DNA of 64,000 nucleotides, taken from NCBI RefSeq assembly GCF_009914755.1, contig NC_060938.1; one strand, 5' to 3'. This document shows, piece after piece, positions 55,501-64,000 of this stretch. Below the pieces are notes generated by a model, which saw only the letters and a program-made list of their open reading frames with translations, did not search any database and was not told the DNA's origin. The DNA comes from the human T2T-CHM13v2.0 reference genome, Homo sapiens. The position numbers and the translations under genes are program-made. The stretch's first letter is position 1; each line of letters opens with the position of its first letter.

Positions 55501-57039
55501 AAGGCAACCATTAATATAATAGGAAAATGGGAATGTATACAGTTGTAAGTATTCTTGTATAATCTAAAATTTCATAAAGCATTTAAGACTTAATTTTAAT
55601 TCATGCACATGAATCTGAATACCCTCTCTTTCAAAAAACTATATTGTCTTATGGTTTATGAATTGGCCATTTAACTATTCATTTATCATCTGTTAGTTCA
55701 TTATTCAAAACTTCATTTTCTGATGAAGATGATCAAAAAATATTTGTTGAGGTTAAAGAAGTTAAGCAACATGAATAAATTATCTTGGTTATTAGTTAAA
55801 GAGATTACTATGCCAACATTTTAGGCTGACATCCATTCTGTTTTTGCTTCACTGTTACAGAACTGAGGGGACAAGTCCACTCTATGGCCAAATGCATTAA
55901 CTGAAAGAGAGCAATCTTCACTGAAAACCAAAGTTATTTCAAAGATTGAGGATAAACTTCCAAGGATTATTAACCTAATGGCATAATTATTCTGCATGAT
56001 TCTAAAGATCCTCTCTAAGTTCATCAAGTCATCATGTTTGAACATTCTAGTGGTCCCTGCATTACTAGCTGACTGGAGAGTTGAAAGAAAATGAAGGAGG
56101 TTTTGACTGGTCGGTCACACACAGTCTTCACTGAGAAGCTAGGTGTGTGTGCCAAAGGTCTAAATTTTCTGAATTAAATAACTAAAATGATTAAATTAAA
56201 GCCCCCCTCAGTTCTGCCTTCTATGTATATTTTTGCCTAGCCTCTTACTCTGTTAATTCCTATGAACTGTAAGTGATCATTGTCCCTTCTTCAACAGTAT
56301 TCCTCTTCTTCAACAAAAAAGAAAATTCATAAAATGAAATCTACATAATTGCATCTCCTAAGGATTATTGGAAGACTACAATAAAGCATTTTGTCAAATG
56401 AATGTGCTGAGGTAAAAGAAAATAAATAAACAAATAATTAAATGGATTTACATTGTTTGTCTGTAGGTATTCCCCTCCCTTTTAAAAAAATACAACTATG
56501 ACTTTAACTGATTTTTAATGCATCTTTGTCTTTCTTAAAGAAAATATTTTTAGAGCTAATATGTTTTTTAGCCATGTAGTATTGCAAGGGAAGATTATAT
56601 TTAAATAGATTCAATTGGTTGTTGGGTGAAATGATTAGAAAGCCTTGGGAAATAAATTGTCAAATAATAAGAACTTGTCCATTTCTCATGGAGCGTGGGC
56701 TTCACTTTCTGACTCTCTGAGAATCTTGCAATTACAGATAGTCATTTAATAAAAATGAGAATCAGTTTGCATGCTCCTGTTTCTAAAAACACAAATACAA
56801 CGTACAGGGAAAGAATTTGCTTTTAGCATTTTAAATTAAATTTACCATGAAGTTGTAATATGATTTCCCTCAAGTTCTTTTAAATTAATATTTAATATTC
56901 TGTACTTGGTGTAAAAATTTGGTTGTAATATGGGCTTATGAAAAGATAATAGGAAAAACAGATATAAAATGTTTGGCAGCTGTCTTTCCTCTTACCTTTT
57001 TCTCTGAGTGTGAGCTGTGCTGAGGCCACAAGCCTGCTA

Positions 57040-57393
57040 AGTCTATTTTGTGTTTTGTAACATGATACTATACACTGGGTAATTTATAAGGAACAGTGGC
57101 TTATTTCTTACAGTTCTGATGGCTGAGACGTACAAGATCAAGGGGTGGCATCTGGTGAGGGTCTTCTTGCTATGTCCTCCCATGGTGGAAGGTGGAAGGA
57201 CAAGAGAGCACAAGAGAAAGAGGGGGGATGAACTAGCTTTTATAACAATCCCATTTTCTCAATAAACCTACCTCTGTGATAATAACATTAATCCATTCTA
57301 ATCACCTCTTAAAGATTCCACCTGTCAACACTGTCACATTGGGGATTAAGTTTCCAACACCTGAACTTTGGGGAACACATTCAAGCCATAGCA
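57040..57393 (-). mobile_element. MSTD/MSTC-like MaLR solo LTR
   Basis: actgggtaatttataaggaacag...gcatctggtgagggtcttcttgc...ttggggaacacattcaagccatagca. Confidence 0.85.
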
Positions 57394-58809
57394 CATGCTA
57401 ATCAAGTGCTAAAGTGAGCTCTCTATTGCCTACATACCAATGTATGGATCACACATGGTTTGAAAGTATCAAGTCTTTCAGCACTTATCAACTTAATGAT
57501 ACATCAGTATAAAAAAAACATTCTAAAGGAATAAGTTACTTTAGTGGTCATCTGGAAAGCAATATAAACATAGTCAGTTTTCAGTTGGTCTAGAAATAAG
57601 AATGTTGACGGGCACATTTCTCCCATTCATACGTCCCATTTGTTGCTTGAATCAAGTTACAGACAACTTTTCAGCCTGTGAACATTTAAAATAAAAGAAT
57701 TTCATTAAAATGCAAAGTTATTTTTATTTTCATAGTGCTGTGTTAACATTTTTATACTGAGAATAACGATAGTCCTACCCAATGTGTTTGGATACCTGCT
57801 AACATCTGTATCTATTTTATTATATGTTTCAAGATAGGATGAGATAGGGGTTAGATCATTGCTGTACTAAAAGGAGACTGTTCATTAGGTAGCACATGTA
57901 AGAAACATCTGGCAAAAAGAGCTTTGCCATTTCATGTAGATTCTTCTCCATTTGCCCAGGAAGATCCAGGATAGAATGAGGCACTCATTAGAAATGAATA
58001 GTCTCTTAATTCCTCTTTCTACCAGCGACCCTTTCAGTATAATGAATATTTATTTAGATAAACAGCATGGTGGTCCATATTCCGGTTGTAATCTTTCGTC
58101 AGATACTTGTCCCAGAAAGTCTTTTATTTCAAAGGTTTTTACTGCGTTGTTGTCATTTGTTTTGGGATTGTTTAGATTCATTATTTATCTTACATGCTAG
58201 ATACGCCTTTTAGTCCATGGATGCCATTGAATTTATTTTTAATTTCCTAAAACTTGGCACAATTTCTATAACATAAGAAACACTCAATAAATATGTTTCC
58301 ATGGTTTTGCTTAGGAAGGAAAAAATGAATATTATGTTTATGTTTCTAATCATAAGCACAGATCTCTCTTGCTGTACATAAATATTACCCCGCAATTTAA
58401 AAATTGAACTCTTTTTTCTTAGAATGAATATGTAAAGAGAGACAGAGAGTAGGAGCAGAGGTACTAGTAAGAAATTGTGTGCTCTAGATATGTGATAAAT
58501 CTATCCTTAATAAACTAGTAAGTTCTTGTTGTTTTTCTTCTTCACTCTTTTCTCCTCTTCTGTTATCTTTATTACATGAATTAATTCCCCTGAAATAAGT
58601 CTATCAAAATGGAAATTTGAGCCAAAATATATGAGCACTATGAAAAATGTGTTCTATCTCTTTCACAAATACACTCATACACATACACACACTCTCTCAC
58701 TCTCTCTCTCTCACTCACAAACAAAACCTTCATGCAATGTTAGAGCCGAATGAAAAGTTAGAGAACATTTTCTGTGATTTACTCTTCACAGGGGATTATG
58801 GATAGAAGG

Positions 58810-59020
58810 CTCTGATTGGGGATATGGATTATAGAGCCAAACACACCTGGATTTCAGTCTTGAGACATTTGTTACTTAAGTTTCAGTTTCTTCATTGATA
58901 AAATTGGCAAAATAATACTAATTAATCAGGGTTGTTTAGTATGATAACAAAATGATGTACTTAAGGTATGTGTTGCTGTATATAGAACATGGCTGCTCAA
59001 TAATTTTAGCAATTATTTTT
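58810..59020 (+). mobile_element. MIR SINE remnant
   Basis: tttcagtttcttcattgataaaattggcaaaataatac...ctcaataattttagcaattatt. Confidence 0.55.
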
Positions 59021-59502
59021 TCCTGAATCATATATGAAAATGAGGTGGTATTTTTGCTTATGGCTTTATCGTGAATGTGTTTTTATAGACATGCTCTAAC
59101 CGACTTTAAATTTCACAAAGAATTATTGTCAAAGTCAATAAAATTGCAGCCTGTTGCATTTTGTCTTTTACAGGCATGTAGTGAATGAGAAGAAATAGTG
59201 TGACATTATAAAAGAAGCATTGCAATAGGAAAAACGTGAACCGAGTTTCAAAACTTTGGTCTGACACCCTTTTTGTATAAACTTGAACCTGTTCCCTGGT
59301 GGTTTTGGGCCTGAGTTACTTCACCTTATAAAGAATTACATGATCTCACTCACAGGAAGGCAGAAATCTGGGCCAAACCCTTGGTTTTTCCAGTCATTTG
59401 CAGATCAGAACTCTATATTCCTATGAATGGCTTTTTCATACGTATTTATGTTACACTTTTTTTAACATGAAGTTGTCATGGACTAAGTAGAAAGAAGCTA
59501 GA

Positions 59503-59750
59503 CCAGCACAGTCCAATAGAACTTTCTGTAATGAGGAAAATGTTCTTATCAGAAATTGCTATGGTAGCATTAGATGGTATGGTATCTTATGAATCAGTAA
59601 TTAATATGGTAGCAATAGCCATGTGGCTGGCTATTTAGCACTGAAAATATTGATAATGTGACTCAGATACTGAATTTTTAATTGGATTTTAATTAATTTA
59701 AATTTAAATATAAAGAGCTACTTGTGGCTGGTGGCTAGAACGTGGGACAG
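59503..59750. mobile_element. MER3 (hAT-Charlie MITE)
   Basis: gtccaatagaactttctgtaatgaggaaaatgttc...gctacttgtggctggtggcta. Confidence 0.75.
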
Positions 59751-59764
59751 ATCAGACAAAACTA

Positions 59765-59972
59765 CAGGAAGTCCTCAGCTAACGTCCCCGATGGGTTCTT
59801 GGAAACTGCCACATTTTAAGTGAAATGACACATAACAATACCATTTTTTTCATCAACCTTATAAAGAAATGATGTTGAAGAAAATGATGTTATTTGAGGA
59901 CTTGCTGTACATCTTTTGCTTAAAGTCACAATTTCTAAGATTCTCTGGGTGATGTTAATTGAGGACTTACTG
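59765..59972 (-). mobile_element. MER6B-like Tigger MITE with long terminal inverted repeats
   Basis: ta|caggaagtcctcagctaacg ... gttaattgaggacttactg|ta; TA TSD. Confidence 0.8.
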
Positions 59973-60167
59973 TACAGAAAAGGGTCAAGTCAGATGCACC
60001 CTGAAGGCCTAGTTATTGTGTTAAAATAAATTTGACAGATTATTAAAAGAGCTCATCTGTTTTTAGAATAGCAATATACATGAGCTCATGAGAGCAAACA
60101 TACTTCGAAAGGAATCTGCTTACATGTGACAGAGCCTTGACATAGGAAGTGGTAATATCCTGTACTT

Positions 60168-60382
60168 AATTTTTAATTGACAAATAAAACTTAAATATAT
60201 TATCATGTACATTTTTTGAAATATGTATACATTGTAAAATGGCTAAATCAAGGTAATTAACATATACATTATCTTACACTCTTACTGTTTTTTTGTGGTG
60301 AGAACAATTAAAATCTACTCCTTTAGCAAATGTCAAGAATGTAGCATATTGTCATTAACTGTAGTCACCCTGTTATGCAATA
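60168..60382 (-). mobile_element. L1MA 3' end
   Basis: ttttaattgacaaataaaa...ttttgtggtgagaacaattaaaatctactc...taactgtagtcacc. Confidence 0.75.
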
Positions 60383-62154
60383 ATTATTCTTAGTTTCTTC
60401 TAAGTATTTCTCTATTGTATTAAAAATGAGTGTTGCTGATTAAAATCTCGTGCTTAGAAGGCAGTGTGGGTTGGATTCCCACCCTATCTCATCTTGAGTC
60501 CTTTCTGATTTTGGGTTATCAAACAGTGCTGAGTGAAGGAGAAGGATGGCAATTTTGTAGAACAGAATTTAGAAATTTGTATCATGTGCTGCCCCGGTTT
60601 TTGACACTGTGTAAAATAAAAAAAAAAATTATTTTGGGTTATAATAGGTCATTTAAGGGAATACTGGAAAAGCAGATGGCTTTTTAGTAATTTGGGAAAT
60701 CCTATAAAATATCTCAATATTTTATTTAATATTTTTATCTATTTAAAATACCTAATATTTAACAGTTTATTTAAGTGAAACCTGAATACAAAATGCAGGT
60801 TTTGTTTTTGTTCAAAAACTTTCATTCATTTATCCTGCAATTGTTTTTAAAAACTACAAAGCAATCATTTCACAGTGTTTCACATTTCACCAAGCACTTC
60901 TATGAGCATATGTCATTTGGCTCTCAAAATAAAATAGTCCTACTGCTCAGGTGTCATAGTGGTCCTGGCTTTTTGTCTGTTTGTTTGTTTGTTTCTAAGA
61001 TAATGAAAGTGAGCTTAAGCCAATTTGAGTGACTCCGGTGGGCTCATAATTGAGTGTTAGAATCAGAACTTCAAATCCTGTGTCTTTGCTGCTAACCTCT
61101 CCCACTCTCTACCCTACTTATAGTGCTGATTAGGTGGCTTTTCTCTCCTAGTATCAATATGCCACTGAAAGGGAGATTGCTTTCTTGTCGAATGCTTCTT
61201 TTGTTAGTTACACTTTGCCCTGGAGAAATTCTCCCTTTGGAATTTTGCAAGGGATAAAAGCAAGCCCTACATAACGTGATTAATGGTTCTGAAAACCGTT
61301 TTCCTTTTAAACTGCTTTGTGGATCATATATGCTTTAGAATTATTTATTTTTATTTTTGTTTGACTTGTTTTGCTTCCTCCTTCCTCCAACACAGATTGC
61401 TTAGTGGGGGCCTACAGGGTACAGATTTAATTTTAAAAGTGTATTTAAAGATATAATTTAAATACAGTTGCCAGCACGGGTCTGGCTGAGTTGTCCTTCT
61501 TTCAATGTAGAACCTCCAGGAATGTCCGTTGTGCATGACATGAGGGCAGTTTCACTGACAGTTTATGCAGGCAGGGGGAGGTAAGCTCATATAACCTTGT
61601 TCCTTACGGAGGTGTAGAAAATCTGTAGCATGATGTAATGGTAAGCACTTGATGTTTTCTTCAGATTTTTCCTCTCAAAAGGAACAGTTCTTACTGGAAA
61701 ACTGTTCCAAACAGATGTTCATAACTCTAGCGCTGGTGTTGCTTACCCTTAGAGTATGGTAGGTCTTTGAACGTTCTTCACAGGGTGCCTTATTCAAGAC
61801 TCATGACTTTGTGTGCAACATTTATGGTCACATTACAATAAGACTATTTATGATACTATGAGTTTTGACGTTACTCACGGGGTCCTCAAGTCAGAGAGTG
61901 ATTAATATTTCAAGCTGTCTTTGAGCTACACACTTTTTTCTTAATATTTTCCTCCTTTTAAATAGCATGCAAAGCAATTAAGAGACCAAATAAAACCTTA
62001 AAATGTGAAAAGGTTAAAAATGAGCAGAAATAGTCACCATTTCCATGTTATGATATACAAATATATCAACAAATGTCTAGGTGTATGTTCGAATAAATAT
62101 TTTAAAAGTCATGTGTAGATTTACTTAGCTTAAAAATGGAAACCAGGAATATGA

Positions 62155-62596
<442 letters not shown>

Positions 62597-62809
62597 TGAA
62601 CATATGCAAAGTCAAAACTGTGGAAAGGAACTAACTACAGGGCTATTGGTTGTATTTTTTTTTTTGAAAATTACTTGAATAATTGTTGATTCCAGAGGCT
62701 TTAGTAAAGATTATATTGAGACAGAAACACAGTTTAAATCAAGCAATCGGTTATCTAGGGATGCGCCTACACAGTGAATGTATCAAACAGCAGCTTAAAT
62801 TGCAAGACT

Positions 62810-62870
62810 GGAGTAAGTACATGCAACTGGAAGCAGCAGGGATAGGAGTGAGTACATGCAACTGGAAGCA
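62810..62870. repeat. Imperfect tandem duplication, period 35 bp
   Basis: ggagt(a/g)agtacatgcaactggaagca at 62810-62835 and 62845-62870. Confidence 0.9.
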
Positions 62871-62932
62871 AGGATAAGGGCTACTTGATTTCTAGTATGG
62901 TTGTTTAGGCACTTCTGGATGACTAATAAGAA

Positions 62933-63422
62933 TTTCTTTTTCCTTTTAACTTTTATTTTAACTTAAAGGGTACATGTCCAGGTTTGTTACATAGGTAAAC
63001 TCGAGTCACGGGGGTTTCTTGTACAGATTATTTCATCACCCAGGTATTAAGCCTACTACCTGTTAGTTATTCTTCCTGTTCTTCTCCCTGCTCCCACCCT
63101 CTACCTTCCAAAAGGCCCCAGTGTGTGTTGTTCCCCTCCACTTGTCCATGTGTTCTCATCACTTGGCTCTCACTTATAAGGGAGAACTTCCCGTGTTTGG
63201 TTTTCTGTTCCTGCATTAGTTTGCTAAGGTTGACCTCTAGCTCCAACTAAGTCCCTGCAGAGGACATGATCTTGTTCTTTCTTTGTGGCGTAGTATTCCA
63301 TGGTGTATATGAACCACAATTTCTTTATCTAGTCTATCGTTGATGAGCATTTAGGTTGATTCCATGTCTTTGCTCTTGTGAATACTGCTTCAACAAACAT
63401 ATGCGTGCATGTGTTTTTACAA
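62933..63422 (-). mobile_element. L1PA (PA13-like) 3' end
   Basis: caggtttgttacataggtaaac...gtacagattatttcatcacccaggtattaagcct. Confidence 0.85.
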
Positions 63423-63469
63423 GGCCTCCGTACTCACAATCAAATATAACCTCTGACTCCTTGAGTCTC

Positions 63470-63698
63470 TGGGAACACACTCAAGACAGAGGAGAAGGGA
63501 GCAAAAAGAGAGAAATGGTGGGAGGGGGATAAGGATTGTAAAACTAACTGTTGGGTACTATGCTCGCCAGCGGAATGACAGGAACATTCATATCCAAACC
63601 TCGGCATCATATATATATATATACATATCCATATAACAAACCTGCGCAAGGACCCACTGAATCTAAAATAAAAGTTGAAATTACTTAAAAAAAAAAAA
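63470..63698 (+). mobile_element. L1PA (PA16-like) 3' end with A tail
   Basis: aactaactgttgggtactatgctc...taacaaacctgcgcaaggacccactgaatctaaaataaaagttgaa. Confidence 0.8.
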
Positions 63699-63839
63699 GA
63701 GAGAGGAAGGGAGAGGGAGGGAGGGAGGGAGGAAGGGAGCAAGAAAGAATACAGTGCGCAGTTTAGCATGAATCACGCTACAAAGCAGACAAATTTGTGT
63801 CACATAATGTTCATGATACCCATGGAAGCAGATAATGTT

Positions 63840-63950
63840 TTTGTTACGAATTCACTGATGAAGTCAGTGAGGTTCTAACAGGTTAAGAACCATGTCCATG
63901 TTACACACATAAAATGCTGTACCAGCTGGTCTGTTGGAATCCAAAGCCCA
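63840..63950 (-). mobile_element. MIR SINE fragment
   Basis: gatgaagtcagtgaggttctaacaggttaag...ggaatccaaagccc. Confidence 0.45.
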
Positions 63951-64000
63951 CGTGCTGAACTTCGCTGGCAGCCTTTGACTTAAAATTGGAGGAGCGTAAG

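Overview
AT-rich, CpG-depleted primate genomic DNA. A full-length SVA makes it hominoid, most likely human. The window is intronic or intergenic: I recognise no intact protein-coding gene, tRNA, rRNA or CRISPR array, and the listed ORFs are decayed L1, Alu/SVA-derived or chance ORFs. It is dominated by transposable elements: a full-length SVA (19701-21208, -) with a 16-bp TSD, a 5.15-kb 5'-truncated L1PA7-like LINE (34634-39786, -), eleven Alus, many ERVL/MaLR solo LTRs (several nested), hAT/Tigger/mariner MITEs and old MIR/L2/L1M remnants. Subfamily names are from memory of consensus sequences, not a database search. I see no evidence for a novel multi-gene system. The best leads are a well-formed 26-nt microexon-like unit on the - strand (4770-4795), a possible MER21-LTR-initiated spliced - strand transcript (about 24.5-26.3 kb), an old 204-bp-period local duplication (29661-30035), MITE hairpins, inverted Alu pairs and several motif-dense, repeat-free candidate enhancers. 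All of these are hypotheses that need RNA-seq, conservation or chromatin data.
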